Assembly (NCBI RefSeq): GCF_006345805.1
Contig: NW_021833913.1
Coordinates: forward strand, 1-52,458
Origin: Octopus sinensis
Taxonomy: Eukaryota
Direction of reading: 5' to 3'
Length of the DNA stretch: 52,458 nucleotides
Position 1 is the stretch's first letter. Each line of letters opens with the position of its first letter. Below, one piece after another: positions 30,550 through 45,274 of the stretch. The notes beneath the pieces were generated by a model. That model made no database searches. It saw nothing but the letters and a program-made list of their open reading frames with translations, and was not told the origin of the DNA. The translations under genes were made by a program, and so were the position numbers.

Positions 30550-32013
30550 CACTAGGTGCAAAAAAAAAACCGTTTTTTCGAAATATCAAAAATTTACTAT
30601 GCAACTATATTGTTTTTATTAAAGAATTGAATAATTTATCATTTTTTAACACTAGTTTTATTTTTATATTTGAACTTGTAATCATTTTTACTTAACAAAT
30701 TATAACTAACAAAAAATCAAACGCAATAAAAAACCGTTTTATTTTTGATTATTCAAAGTTAGTTTTCAATATGGTCCCCTTTTGCCTTAAAAAGCTTTTG
30801 TGCTCTATTCAGCATGCTTTCGATTAATTTTTTTATAAAACTAATCGGTATTTCGTTCCAAATATTTTCGATTTTTTCTTTCAATTCCGAAACATTCTTT
30901 GGATGAAAGGTGTTTAATTCCCTCTTCATATGAGCCCATATATGTTCGATCGGATTTAAATACGGTGATTGAGGTGCCCATGGTAAAAGGTTTACTTTCC
31001 TTTCTTGAAAAAATCGCATAGTCATCTTGGAAGTATGACATGGTGCCATGTCTTGTGGAAAATAAAGTCACTAAGCTCCATTTTTTTGCAGATTCCCATA
31101 AATGGTTACATAGTGTGTTGATATAAAGTGCGGAATTCATATTCCCGTGTATAAAAGCAAGCGAGCCCATTCCGTAATAGGAAAAACAGCCCCAGACCAT
31201 AACTTTCCCCCACCAAATTTTACAGTAGGCGAAAGGTTGATTTTTTGAAGGCCTGTATTGTTTTTCCGATAGCAATATTGCCGTGTTTTAATATTAAAAA
31301 CTTCGAAACTGCATTCGTCACTGAAAATTGTCCTCATCCATTCAGTGTTTGGCACAGTAATGAAATGCCTTGCCATGTTATAGCGTTTTTCACTATTTAT
31401 TTTGTTCAATAATGGTTTTTTTCTACATACACGAGCATATATTTGCTCCCTTCTTAAATAATTTGCGATGGATCTTTTACCGACTGTTCTTCCGGTTATT
31501 TTACGGAGATCATTCCTTAAGCAATCAGCTTTTTTTTGGGGGTCCTCTTTAACCAGGTTGAGTAAAATAAGGATATCGTTTTTATTAAGAATTTTTGGTC
31601 TCCCCGAACCTTTCATTCTTTCAGTCGTACCATATTTAATGAATTTTCGGATGAAGTCAGCGATAGTTGATCGCGGGATATTAAGCTCGTCAGATATTTT
31701 TTTAGTGGTCCAATTTAACGCATTCAAGCTTAGAATCTTTCCTTTTGTTATTACATCAAGCATTCGTAATTTTATCGAGGGTTAAAATTCTAAAAAAAGT
31801 AAAAAATGTCACACTCACCAGAATAAACGGTTTTTTATTGCGCTCGTGTAATTAAAATTTTTAATTTAGACATATAACACAATACAAAAAAAATATAACA
31901 AAATTGATTTAGGGTTAATTTAATGATTCCTTTCGATATCGACAAAGAAAAATCACGGTTATCTCTGCAAAATATGCCGTATTTAAAAAAACGGTTTTTT
32001 TTTGCACCTAGTG
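30550..32013 (-). mobile_element. Full-length Tc1 (DD34E) transposon, 1464 bp, frameshifted transposase
   Basis: TA target duplication at 30548-49 and 32014-15; about 35-bp TIRs beginning cactaggtgcaaaaaaaaaaccg; HTH region, IFSDEC, VMVWGCF, (Q)QD...34 aa...NPIE. Confidence 0.95.
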
Positions 32014-32816
32014 TATGTTCACAGACACAAGGCACTCAAGGAAATCGTGAAGACTGGTCTCGAGTCAGCGGCCCATTTGTGCCTCCTCGAACGGATCGGA
32101 CACGATTACCCGTTTTCTCTCAGCTAATGTTATCCTAATAATTTAAATAAATTATAATTTCATTACGTTTTTTCGTTTGGAGTACGCACTCTGTACTTTA
32201 TTTTGTGAGTTATTAAAGAGAGTAAATTGCCAATAGAAATGATATTCAATTAGTTGTAACTAACATTACAAAAATTCGAGACCGCCGTAGACCGCAGATT
32301 ATTACAACAACTATATGCTGCTCAGTGATTAAATATAAGTTTTGTTTGATCTATTTCAATTATGGAATGCCAGTTCAAGGAAATATTTCGATCCTTAAAA
32401 ATAAAAATTTCAAACTATAGGCCTGATGGTAGAATGCTAACTATTCACAAATAAAAAGTTTTAACACCTTAAGGCCCATTATATTTAGAAAAAGTTTGTA
32501 ATTAAAATTTTTACAACTTTTTTCAGTCCTTTCTAAACTTTCAACAAACCCATTCAAATACTTATCACTATATCTTTGTTAGAACGTATCTACAAAATAT
32601 AATCATGTTAGAAAAACTGTTGATTCATCTTTTAGTGCCCATATCCAGAGAGGAGACAAATCCCCCTAATATAAATCACACTGAAAACACAAAAAACATA
32701 TAAACTCAATCTAACCTATTAAATAAAGCTACTTAAAAACTATTTTTGCAAAATTTTTCTTAATTGGAATGATCCTTCATACAAAAGTGAAATGAAAACT
32801 TGAAAGTACAAAAAGA

Positions 32817-33626
32817 TTATTCAAAAAAGTAATAATTCGGTGATTTTTCTTGTTGATTGAGCCAATTAAAGTCATCTACACCTGCATATTTACTCTCCCC
32901 TTTTCTCAAGCCAACAAACTCGAAATCCTCCTCAACTCCCTCATACTCATAAGAGTAGTCCCCAAATCCAATCCCCGACGAATTCTCCAACACTGCTCGA
33001 TTACCCACGTGACTATTAAATCTGCAGTCTCTGCTAAAAGATATCCTCAGTTGTAAACAAGCCACATAAAAATGACATTCTCGACAATTTTGAGCCAACA
33101 CTGACGAGGAGACTGGCCCGCTGTGTACTCTTGTGCTCTCCAAATCAATTAATTGAATTCCCGCCATTGGTCCAAACAAATAAACGTGGCAGTTTTTTAA
33201 ATTTTTCAGAACTATATTTTTATTCACAAGTTCGTCTCTGAATAAAGTAAGGGTCTCATTTTGGCGGGAATGAAAACCAAATGATTCCTCGACTAAAATT
33301 TTTGACGTTTTTTGAATATTTTTTGGCGATTTTTTGGTATTGAGTGTCGATTTAAAATTAAATTTTTTATGGCTGAGACGTTTTTGGCGAATAATTTCGA
33401 GTTTGTTTTGAAGTGCTTTGATTTCTGTCAATCTTTTTCGAATTGTAAAGGCGGGAATAAAATGGAGGGAATTTGTGGTGTATTTTATTAATTCGTCAAT
33501 TTCATTTGAGAGTTGATCGAGGTGATCCTCACTTTCAGAGATTTGAGAAATTCCTTCGGAAATTGTTTTTATTTTGTTTAAAAATATTTGTTCGAATTTG
33601 TCTATTTCTTTCCCATTAGAACACAT
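32817..33626 (-). CDS. TBCC: Tubulin-specific chaperone C, copy 2
   Basis: As copy 1, with 7 SNPs (3 non-synonymous). Confidence 0.93.
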   Translation of the reverse strand: MCSNGKEIDKFEQIFLNKIKTISEGISQISESEDHLDQLSNEIDELIKYTTNSLHFIPAFTIRKRLTEIKALQNKLEIIRQKRLSHKKFNFKSTLNTKKSPKNIQKTSKILVEESFGFHSRQNETLTLFRDELVNKNIVLKNLKNCHVYLFGPMAGIQLIDLESTRVHSGPVSSSVLAQNCRECHFYVACLQLRISFSRDCRFNSHVGNRAVLENSSGIGFGDYSYEYEGVEEDFEFVGLRKGESKYAGVDDFNWLNQQEKSPNYYFFE

Positions 33627-33842
33627 TTTTATAAACTAAGATTTAATTTCACACAACGGAAATAATTTAGATGTATTTTATTTCTAGTTACAATTTTAAT
33701 TTAAAATAATTAAATAAAATTTAATAAAATATTTTTATTTAAACAAGAGTGGGAAAAAAACTCATGTCGAGGTGGAACCTTATTGTTTACGACAGTGCTG
33801 TATTAATTATTAGTCATTTTAATTTATAAGGAAAGAAAAAAA

Positions 33843-35380
33843 TTAGTAATCATTATCCAAATATTCTTTTATTTGACTGGCATTGGCATTAAGTATTCCA
33901 TTCTCTACAAACACAAACAACCACCCTTACTTCCATTAAAAAAGAACAAGGCCACAGCAATCAACAAAGCACAATATAAATTACCCAAGAAGAACAATTC
34001 CATCGCAAAGTACCCCCACTTATCGACAATCATCCCAACCAAATAAGAAGCTCCAGCCAATCCCAAATTTTGGATCGACTGCAATCTAAACTTTTTTAAT
34101 ATTCCACTACATTCCATAGGCAGTGGTTAAATGTGACAATTTTACAATATAGGCCACAATAGGCCACAGTGAGGCAGCCAAAAACGAATAGCTAACACCC
34201 AAAATTATCTAAAATAAACAAAACAGACAAACCACAGGCACAAACGGAGACACAAAAGTAAAAGCAATCAAAAAAGTCCCCAAAATACCCAAAATAATCG
34301 ACAAAATCACCCACATCAAATTCCTCCCAGTTTTATCAATACTCAGCCCCACAAAAGGCGAAGAAAATGCAGAAACGAGATAAATAAGACTAAAATAACT
34401 AAAAATTAATCCAAACCTATTCACAGTCGTTGCAGTGTCCAAAGACAGTTCATATTTGAGCATACATAATGATCTAAATCATAAAAAATACAAAAAACAG
34501 TGCTATTCCTATAAAGGGGAGTATCGCCACATAAAAAGTACAAATAATTCCAGTTATTAGCCAAAAAGAAGTCCCAAAGTGAATAACATCCCTCAAACAG
34601 ACAATTTGTACATCCTTTGTACATGTTTTAATCACTGCCATATAAATACAGAAAATAAACCTCCCTTCCTTTGCCCAGTCCGAGTCATGACTGCCATAAT
34701 GGCAGAAGTAAGTAAAGAAATGACACAAACAAATACAGCCAAGTACAAGCTATGCCCAACTGATGGTAGCCCGCTTGGATATGACGGGCTAGTTTGTAGA
34801 GATAAAACATTGATTTCATACAGGCAGTGCTGCCCTGGGCGAATTATATAAGGAATTAACCACACGTGCAAAACTTAGTTGGAGAGCAAAGACAAAGTTG
34901 AGTTCTGAACCTTTAAACCAGAGTGCTGCATATGAGTTTTGGACACTGGAAAGAGTCTCTCCCCCAATCCCGAAAATGACCCTTCCCAAATACATGACCC
35001 AAATCACGTGGGAAAATCCTCCCGAAGCAAACACGGCTTGTCCCAGGAGCAGAAAAAGTATGCAGAGAATTCCTCCGAGAGGGAGACCAGTGTAGCGGTC
35101 GACGAGGAATGAGCCGACAAAACACATGAGGACGTTGGGAAGTGCATACCATGTGTAGAAGCCCATAAAAGTGGCTGAGTTTATATTTAAATCACTTTTT
35201 ATTGTTGCTTGAATAGCACCGGGAATATCAAAGCAGTAATAACTCCCTGAAAGTTATGTCTTTGATGTTACCGAAGCTGCTTAAACATAGGAAGGGGATG
35301 AATGAGTATCGAAATAATCTTTTATGTCGTGAAATAAAGCTCTTATTCTCCCAGTCATCGTTGATTGCCTCACTGGACAT
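33843..35380 (-). CDS. MFSD1: MFSD1-like transporter, copy 2
   Basis: Offset 27640; one synonymous SNP noticed (ACG/ACC). Confidence 0.9.
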
Positions 35381-35451
35381 AACCACACTTTATATCTTTA
35401 TTTAAAATGTAATTAATATATTAATACAACTGAATTTATACTATTATTCTT

Positions 35452-35593
35452 ATAAAACATGTCCTGTCAAAAGCGTGTGGGCTCGTGGAAAGATCACCGA
35501 GCGAGGATGAGGTCCTTGTCCAACTGCATCGGGGTGACGTTTGTTCCGTTTTTACCGTGGGCTTAATGGTTAATTAAAAAAATAAAACATGTC
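35452..35593 (+). mobile_element. Truncated CRE-like insertion with a 12-bp TSD, copy 2
   Basis: Same as 7812-7953. Confidence 0.65.
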
Positions 35594-36280
35594 ATAATTA
35601 CTCGGTCAATAAATTGTCTAGAAAATTTGCCAATTCTTCAATATTTTAAGAAATTTTATAATTTTAGTGGAAATTGACAATTCTCTGAAGGAAATTTCCA
35701 GTGAATTTCCAGTGAATTTTAAAAAAAATTACTGAAAATTAAACAATTCCACAATCTGGATGGTCCTCAAGAAAACTTGTGTTTGATTACTATAATTGGG
35801 GTTCGCACTAAAAGAGACATTTCGGTGCCTTGTTTTTGTCTTTCCTTAAACGATTTTCCTTTTTTTCTTTGAGTTTTGATTTTTTGGGTAATAAAAACAA
35901 TTCTATTCTATTTTACAAATGCAGTCAAAAAGTCAAAGTTCCCACTTGATGAAAAACTTGTTGATTGTATGGATTTGATAGAATTAAAAAGTATATCTTA
36001 GTTTTTTTAATTTTTAGCCGCATTATTGAACTGTGCATTAATATCTATACTATTTCAGGTTTAAAGTGAGTCTTACCAAAAGCAAAGTGGAACAATAAAA
36101 TTATGTAATAAACCATTTCATCATTATTTAACACCGATGGGGCCAACCTCTGAATTCTAGCACTTACGGTGTTGCATGAAGATGAGTGATTATAAAAAAA
36201 GAGTTACTCATTGTTTCTACTACTTTCGAAGTTGAAACTCAGTTGTTGATAAAACTTCCTGTCCACACCATTTAAAATAT

Positions 36281-38101
36281 TTTTGATGTCTGTTGCGATA
36301 TGTCTTTTTATGCTAGCTTTATATTTCAATTGGGTTGATCATAGGGCTATAGGGACCCAATCTTGAAATTTTATTTCTGACGAATTCCTTTTTTTTGACA
36401 ATTTCTTCAATTTCTGAATGTAATGGAGCATTGTTTACACTAAGGGTTCTCAACCTTTTTTTAGTCATCGACCCCTTGATTTTTTTGACCCCCCTAATAT
36501 TTAATCGACCCCTTAAAAAATTTTATATACATAAATCTATAATAAATAACAATTCTCTACACTACTGGGAAATTGTAAGCTTCCCTGGCTTTTCGTAGAC
36601 AAATTCTCAACCATTCGTGGACAGATTCTTTATTAAAGGATCCACGTTTCAATTCATAATGTAACAATCCAAAAGACCCGATACAACCAATGAAATGTAC
36701 ATTGGCACCTCGCGAACTTGTTGAAACGACACTAGCCACTGTTACTTTGTTTGAACGACCCTTTTTACGGGATATGTTCATGTTGAGATTTGTTTCATTC
36801 ATAAATAATATTGGAATTTTCTCCGATTCATATTCCAATAATGAAATAATAAAATTTTTTCTTTATTTAATTGACTATTGCCTTCCTCTGGTTCATACCT
36901 GATATCTTTCAAAGAATAACAGGAACCGTTTAAGTGGACTTGAATGGTTTCTTTTGACACATTTAAACTGAAATTAGAATTTAAAAGAATTTTCAAAGTC
37001 ACATAAGTAATCCTCGGGTTAAGTTCGATTTGTTCAGAACGATAATTTTTATGTTGATCAAGACATTTTTTTGCTTTTGATTTTTTTGCTGATCAGGTTT
37101 ATCCTTTTTTTTCACCTAACGATAGGTAGTAGTTTTTGGAACATCGAGAGATTTTGTAAGTTCCCTCCAGTCACCATCTCTCTCGTAGGCCCCGATAATA
37201 AGATTTTTTTAATTGAAACTTCAGACTTTTTTATTTGTGCAGGCAAACGAATGAAAAAATGAAATATTTGCGCAAACATGCAAATATATAGGTTTTGCTT
37301 AGTCACTTTTGCAATTGATCTCGCGACTTTAAATGCTGCTTAGTCACTTTATTAAAAACAGAAATTATTCTTTGTACCACTTTGCTTTTGACCCACTTTA
37401 ACTTATTGTAAGAGAGAATTATTTCCTAAGCAGATTTTTCTTAAATAATTCAAAAACTCACATGGATTTTTATCATAACTTAAGCAGAAATATATTTCAG
37501 ATAAGGAAATTACATAAACAAATGTGCAATTACATAAGTGTCGACATTGAAGGGTTTCTCAAAAAAATTTAAGAACTTTCAATGTCATTTAACCTGGATG
37601 AAACTGGAATATACTACTTCTATCCAGAAGTATTTACATGACTGTTTGGAGAATATAAAAACATCACAGATAGAGTATTTATGATGTTATGCGCAAATAT
37701 GTTTGGAAATCTTGAATTGAAGTTTTTATTGGTTAGAAAATCAAAAATGCCAAGGTTTTTCAACAAATATGATTATCTGTGTTTTGTTTCGTATTGCAGT
37801 TTTTGAAAGAGCATGGATGGCCGTATATATTTTTACTAACTGGATAATAAACTTTGATTACCTTTTGAAGGCAGAAAAAATTTTGCTTCTTATAGACAAT
37901 TGTCCTTCTCATTGCTTAGATACAAGAATAATTCAGCCAATGGATTTTGGTATTAGTAAAACGTTCAAAGTGCATTTTAATAAACAAAAATTGGAGTATC
38001 TTACTGGATTATTGGAAAAATAAAACATGTCGATATATAAACCATATAAACATTTAAAACTCACAGACATTGTTCTATTTATAAAAATGGCTTGGGAAGA
38101 T
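36281..38101. mobile_element. Tc1/IS630-like and pogo relics, copy 2
   Basis: Same as 8640-10460. Confidence 0.75.
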
Positions 38102-38517
38102 GCATCTTCGAAAAAAAAATTTTAAATAGCAAAAAGAAGAAAATTGGAACTGAATATTATTTCGATAAAATTTAATAATTCGGTTGTACTTATGCATGAA
38201 TTTGGCTGTTTTTATCTACGAGAAGTTTCTAATAAATATTTTAAATTCTGAAATTTTCCATTTCAAAAATTTGTCGCAAATTCGACAGGAACCTAGAATG
38301 AAAAAAATAGTTTACTGTATTATTAATCAAATAATGAACGATTTTTGAGATCATAAAATATAACATTTTTTATTCATTAAATGAACATGGTTCGATCAAT
38401 TCGATTTGAGACAACAAAATTACATTACCAAATAATTATGAAATAACCTTCATAATAAATGATTACATTTTTGTATATATAGTCCTGTAATATCCCATTT
38501 TGTATTCCTTCCCCCTA

Positions 38518-39465
38518 ATGAATGTTTGCAATGAAGGAATTGACTGTATAATATTCAGACTATTTATCCATTTTAGTAAAGGACCACCAAAAGGACAACT
38601 TTACCCTACAATTGGAACGCATTCACAAAGTCCAGACTCAACTAGAATATTATTTTTCCGAGTTATTCACTAATTCTTAAAATTAAGTATCAACTTGGCA
38701 TATGACAGATACATACCAAAAATAATTGACGTCGACGAGTTCGTTGAAATTGCACAAATAGTCAAGTTTAAGCGAATGAACAAGTTCAAAGCAACTCCCG
38801 CCGATGTCATTTCGGCTGCAGAACGTGAGGAGTAAGATTCATTTTTAGTCTCATCATTTCTTATTTTAAACAAATCAAAATCAAAAATAAAAGCTAAAAA
38901 CCTCCCAATCGTAATTGAGGCCTACATTCTAGGCTTCGACACAGAACAAGTTAAATTATTGAATATTCAGAAATTATGGGAAAAACTGCTAAACCCAGCA
39001 GGAATTACAAACGTGGAAGTACAGGCTTGGCGGCAATTTGTTGACAAATGGGTCCTCTATACTGACTCGTTTGGCAAGGCGGTCTTCGTCTACGACCAAC
39101 TTAGAGAAAAGGGGGTTTGTCGCCTTGTATTTATTCAGAAAATTCGCATTCGGCACATCTTTACTCCCAGATACAAAAGAGATGATCGGAAAGCGTCTAT
39201 TGGTTTTAAAATGTAATATTTGGGATAGAAACTGACCCAAAAATAAAACCACAGCCGACGATGTATTTGGTCTATCCCGTCTATTACTATTCTGATCTGT
39301 ATTATGAATGTTACGCAATCAATGATTTAAGATGGACTTGGGATACGAAAACAGTAAAATTATATTTTTAAAAAACAGAATTCCTGTTACCACAAGTCTT
39401 ATCAAACTAATATTTTTGACCCAATGGTAGCCAAATATGACTGGAAAATGTCTTGCTATTATTAA
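38518..39465 (+). CDS. La-motif protein, copy 2
   Basis: Offset 27641. Confidence 0.78.
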
Positions 39466-40340
39466 TTTTCAATTGATTGGTTTCTTTGAATATTTCATTT
39501 TTTTATAAGTACTATAAAAATCACGATTTATTCAATAAAACAAAACAATTAATCGGATTAAGGTTCCCCGTTTCTGATGGCGTCAAATACAATCTTAAAT
39601 TGTATCCAAAAAGACCTCTCCTTGGACAACACTTCCCCGAAGTTCGGGAACATTCCCGGTGGTTGCTCAGCGTCTTTGGAGATGTTGATGATACTTCTAG
39701 ACCTATAAAGAAGACCAATATATTGAGACTAAATTTGCCCTAGGGAATTGTGTCGGTACATCAAAAAAGGCTCCAAGAACCGCTGAAGGAGGCTAGATCG
39801 TCTGAATTTTGTTATTTTTGGTAATGAAGGTGGTTTTCTGATTCAATAAATAAAATAACTAAGATATGATGAAGGAGGACTTGTATTCTCTGTCCTTAAT
39901 GCATAAAAAATGGGATTATTCGGGTCATTAAAGCAAACAGATTTTTTTATAATAGCGAAATACCTCAAGCGCAAATACAGCATCTAAAAAAACTGGGAAA
40001 CTTGACTTAACATACTGAAAGAAATGTAGGAGAACCCTTTAATTGAGTAAATAATGAAAAACCATTGGATGCAATTCTCTTTGATTGTTTAAATGATCCC
40101 AACGTTGATGCTGTTGAATCCTCCCATTGGTTTTTGCATAGAAATAACCCAGGGGTTTCTGTGTTTCATACAGAACATTCATTTATTTTCGGCAATACTG
40201 GAAGAATGTTGATCGCTTAGCAACGAAGTTTGGTCGAATGCTAAATAGTGACTACTCAAGAAGTGTATATATTTATGCAGGAAGTATGCATATAACATTA
40301 ATTAGAAATAAGTAGGGGAACAAGGAAATATCAGAATGAA

Positions 40341-41180
40341 TAATCAAGTTAGTTAATTAGTAATATCCGAATTTTTAATTATGCACAATCCCTTCTGCAC
40401 AGCATATTTCTTGATGCTGGATAGCGACAGAGGTTGCAATCTATTGTGAGTGAACTAACCCACCATATGCATTCCCGGTTCTTAGTCTTGCTCCGATTCC
40501 TGAATCCGCATCTATTCTAAAACTTTTGCCAGTTAATAATATAGTCAGCGGAAGATTGAAATTCGTAATACTTATATGAGAATATTTAAGTGTACGTTGT
40601 GGGTTGAGATCCATTGGTAAAAATGCACATTTTCTGGCGCGCATACATACTATACAATGAGTAACTTAAAATACATAAGGGTTAACGGACGACTAATTTT
40701 TGGCGACTGAAAAATGGCATATGAGGGCATTACACTGTAATATTAGTATGCGATTTTTACAAAGATCGTAAACTGATGACATTTGCAAAGGCCTCTACAT
40801 CTAGGTAACGAAGTCCATAACACGAAAACAGACCTCTAATAATTCAAAATATTTAAATGTACATAGAGGATAAGCGATCCAATTTATCAAATGAGTTGTT
40901 TAGTATTTTCGTTAACGAGACTCCACCACAGATACTAATATTAATAAAATGATGATTACAATTCCTCCAAGTTAGTTAAATTAGAGAATATTTCTCCATT
41001 GGGAAAAGTAATGTCGTTCGCAATAATAATAGATTTTGAATGTTCGGCAACATTTTCTGCATTGAATTCACAATTTCTCAAAGATCTAATTTTAATTGAG
41101 CAATTCTTTAAAAACCTTTGTGTTAAATCACAGTCACTTTGAATCCCAAAGTGAACAAAAAGCAGCACAAGTGGAAACAT
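40341..41180 (-). CDS. LRR protein, copy 2
   Basis: Offset 27641. Confidence 0.65.
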
Positions 41181-41830
41181 TATAATTAAGCGTCAAATTT
41201 TATTGTCAATATCTCATTGGTTAGACATTGAATTAATACATTTATTAAACTGTATTTGTTAATATATATTACTTTGCCCTTAATTTTCGTGGAGATGAAA
41301 TGGGGGTAGACTGCTACATTTTTGGTATGATTCTTGAATCTGTTTCATATTTACTGACTTGTTTGTGAATCCGTCGTCTACCACACACATCAGAAGTCTC
41401 ACAAATAAACAAACATTTTCTCTCTTGGTGTCTCATTTACAGTCTTCATGGCAGGTTCCACATATTTGCACGTCTGCTCTGCCCTATTACTGAAATATCT
41501 ACCTACTTCATTTGCAGCCCAACTGTGTTAATTCACCAATACTTCTTACACAATCAAATAAAAAAACTTTATTGAGTTTAGTCAAATAAACTTGACAGAA
41601 TTGTGAATTCTTTCATATCTCAATCTCTTACTATATCACTTTAGAAGGTGACTTTATTTCCCACAAATCAAAAAGAAGATTTTTACCAAATTTCGTATTT
41701 TTGATTTTTAAATCAAAATGATGACAGTGCATTACTTGTTGCGTCATAATACTTTCTTTTATCTCACTAGCTTTTACAGTTTTAAGTAAAGTAAATATAT
41801 TCCTTGAACAATTACTACTCTTTTTTTACT

Positions 41831-42361
41831 TCAGCAAACATACTCTGGAAAGCGGAGGTAAAGCTATGTTTAGCCGATGTCGAAATACCATTCCAAAAAT
41901 CGCAAAATATTTTAGGAGTAATATACAACACCCATAGTCATTCTCGCAGCAAGTGAATAATGTGATCATGGGATGTATGAAGAAAATCAACATTCTCAGA
42001 GTTTTCCTTCAAAAATGCAGGCAGTTGACAAACCTCGCCACTCTCAAAACCGTCTATAAGCAGTAAATAGAACCCACAATTAGTTACGCCTGCGCAGCGT
42101 GAGGAAATACAATCAGCTACACCAATCTGGAAAAAATTTTCCAAAATTCAATAAGAATCTGCAAAACTCTAGAATAACCAAACGAACAACTAAATGTTGC
42201 CATTTTTGAGAGGATCTTGCGAAGAAATGAGGGGGAAGACACACACATTGACAAACCCGACGCGCCCCTATAGAAAATGTGCAGAAACAAGGGAAGAACG
42301 TCAGGAAAAAATGAGGACCGTCCTTAAAGAAACTGGAATCACCCGATTAGTAATGCAACCT
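41831..42361 (+). mobile_element. LINE remnant, copy 2
   Basis: Same as 14190-14720. Confidence 0.6.
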
Positions 42362-42501
42362 TAAAAATTGGCCTTAGCATTTTCCCTTACGAATACATAA
42401 GTTAATCCACTTGTACATATTCTACAAGTTGGTATCAATGTAATTCATATATAGCTAAAAATTTTAAAAGGAACGACATTTATTAAAACGAAACAATTAG
42501 T

Positions 42502-43035
42502 CTAAGATATGATAGAGGAGGCATTGGTGGAGGTACTAAACGTGAACAAGCAACCCGAACTATCTAAATGTGGGAGGCAACACTTTTTTGGTTCGGTAAT
42601 ATCTCGCCAGACGGTGGATTTTGCTCTCGGTGAGGAGGAGTCTGTATTTGGAATCCTTGTCCGTCCTGTTTTTCTCGAGGTGTTTGCGGATGCTGATGGC
42701 CTTGCTGATCAGCGAGTACAAGTCCTCGGGACATTTCGGTGCCAAACCATTCTTCTTGAGGATCCTCAACACCTTGTTGGAGGCACACCGAGATATATTC
42801 GGCACTCCGTAGCAGTCTCGTAGTGTTACTCCTCGAGGATGTTTTCGATAATCAAACCTATTTGTGAGGGTTTCTGACCCTTTCTGGCCAGACGGCAGAT
42901 TGTTGTCTCAATTTCCTGAGGAGTCAGACCCACCCATTTTGGACGAGACTTCTGGATTGGCAAAACTGAACGAGACTTTCCCTTCCTACTCTAATCAATG
43001 GTTTATCCAAACCCTTTTCCATACATACGACCCAT
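42502..43035 (-). CDS. RPS13: 40S ribosomal protein S13, copy 2
   Basis: Same protein; one synonymous CTG/TTG change. Confidence 0.97.
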
Positions 43036-43204
43036 GTTTAACAACAAGATATAACGTGCTTAATATTAATTATTTTTTATTAAAATTATTTACGAGTTTA
43101 TATTCATAAAAAACAATTATTATATCAATTATAAATTTTGACGCTTTTTGTTTAATAATAAAATCTATTATATTCATTTACACAGAATCATTAAAAATTA
43201 TTTC

Positions 43205-44224
43205 ATTAGTGGCATCGATAAAGCCATCATTGACCACCTTAACTGTACTTGTACTCAAAACATATGCAATTCCCCTTTTGACGATTGGGGTTGGAGACAG
43301 GCAACCCTCCCGTTAGTCTTTGGGGGGCTCAGTATCCGCTCATGTTCCGACTTAACATTCCCTGCTTTTCTCTCGTCCCTCTCCCCGAGCCACACACTTG
43401 TCATATAAATTCTACGCTCTTTTTCTAAATTTTTTTGGACACAAATGTGGCTCATTTTAGCGAAGTCTGGAGGGAACAATGTCTTGACATAGGATCGAAT
43501 AGGATGCAAGCAAACTTTCAATCTGCTGCTCGAGTCGTCCAACCAACACCCCCGCGCTTGCCTTCTTTCGGCAGCATCCCCGGCCAGTTGAGTATGGCTT
43601 TGCACATTCCCGAACCCCTCACCCTCCTTGATTATGAATCGGTAAGGATTGGAATCTCTTTGCGCTTCGAACTAAGGCAATGTGTCCCGCACGCGCGTCG
43701 TTGTGGCTGCACTGTTGACTCTTTCGGTCTTTATCTATTATCGTGCAGAAGGAGTGCTGGACGTTTTCCAAGGCACTCAGCCATGAATGACATCATACGG
43801 AGGGCCCTCGATTTGGCGGGATTTCCTTTGGTCCTCGAACCACCGGATCTTGACCGCGGTGACGGGAAACGTCCTGATGGGATGACCCTTTTCTCTTTTG
43901 AGGACGGAAAAGGTCTCCCATGGGACGCAACCTGCTGGGATACTTTTTCTGCTTGACTTCGTGTGCTCTGGAGGCTAAATCTGCTGTTAAGAAGGCTGAA
44001 GATTTAAAGCTAACCAAATATTCTGCCCTTTCGGACGAGTTTTTCGTGATGCCAATAGCTGTGGAGACCTGGATGCTCTTGGTCCAAAAACGGAAAAATT
44101 CCTCCGCAAGCACTGGGCCAAAACCAGCGGTTCTCGATTGCCGTTATCCGGGGGAACAGTTTGGTGATCCGTCAGGCCGCTGGCCCTCCCATCGTTTAAT
44201 CTTTTAACACTTTTTACAAAGCCA
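43205..44224 (+). mobile_element. CRE-clade retroelement, copy 2
   Basis: Several SNPs and indels relative to copy 1. Confidence 0.85.
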
Positions 44225-45274
44225 ATAAATATTAAGATCTTGCTTATTTTTTTCTATTTAATGTTAAATTCTTGGATGATTCTCCAGATTTTGTAATATA
44301 ATTTTTTAGATTTATGAATTTCAATATCATTCTAACTCAGCGTGGTTGAAAATGTAATCATTATATTTTGTAAATAAAAATTTATATGGACAAATTTCTA
44401 ATTTTGAATTTTCTTTCTAAATTAATGTCTTTTATATATCTGTTTCTAATTTTGTTTTAAGTTTCCTATCGTATCTGTTTTAATTTAAATTTAAGTTTCT
44501 GTCTCTAATTTGGAATTTTACTTTTCACGTTTGCATTTTAATTGAAAAATTATTTTGTCGCTCCAAAATTTATATTGGAAGATTATTATAAGTGAATTAG
44601 ATGATTATGCAAATATGTCGATATTTTAATTTGTTTGTTTTCGTAGAGATTTTTTTACCAATGTCAGTGAAAAGTTAAGTCCTAGCTTTGCCGACGATTC
44701 CTAAGATTACAAGGCAGAGAGAAAACTAAAAATAAAGAGAGAAATACCTGCGTATTTCGAACTCTTAACTCTTCATTCTAAGCATTGGCGGACTCCGGAT
44801 TGCTGCAGGTTTTGGGTAGAGATGTCACCAAAAAAGATTCGACGCAGGTGGCGTCCCAAAAAGGGACTTGCCTTCTCTGAAAGGAAATATCCTCATTCCC
44901 CGAGACGCTTACCGTCGCTTCGAAAAAAGCCGACAGTGTCTAAAGTGGAAGAAAAATCAGCCGACTCTAGAGCCCAAATATTCTTAACTGATTTTTACAA
45001 AATGAATTTTTCAATGAATATTTGTAGATTAATTTGGATTTTTTAAATTTTCGTTGAAAAAAATATTTTATTCAAAACGTAAGATTTAAAAAATTGTTTA
45101 TATGCTTACTAAAATACAAATCTCAAAATAAAATAGAAATGATAGTTTAATTTTGAAAAGTTAATATTCTCGAAAATGAAAATTCCGCATTCGAAAATAA
45201 AAAAATCTCAACGATCGAGATTTACGTTACGAAACGTAGTTTAAATTGACTGTTTGAGCTTACTGCGTTCAAAA

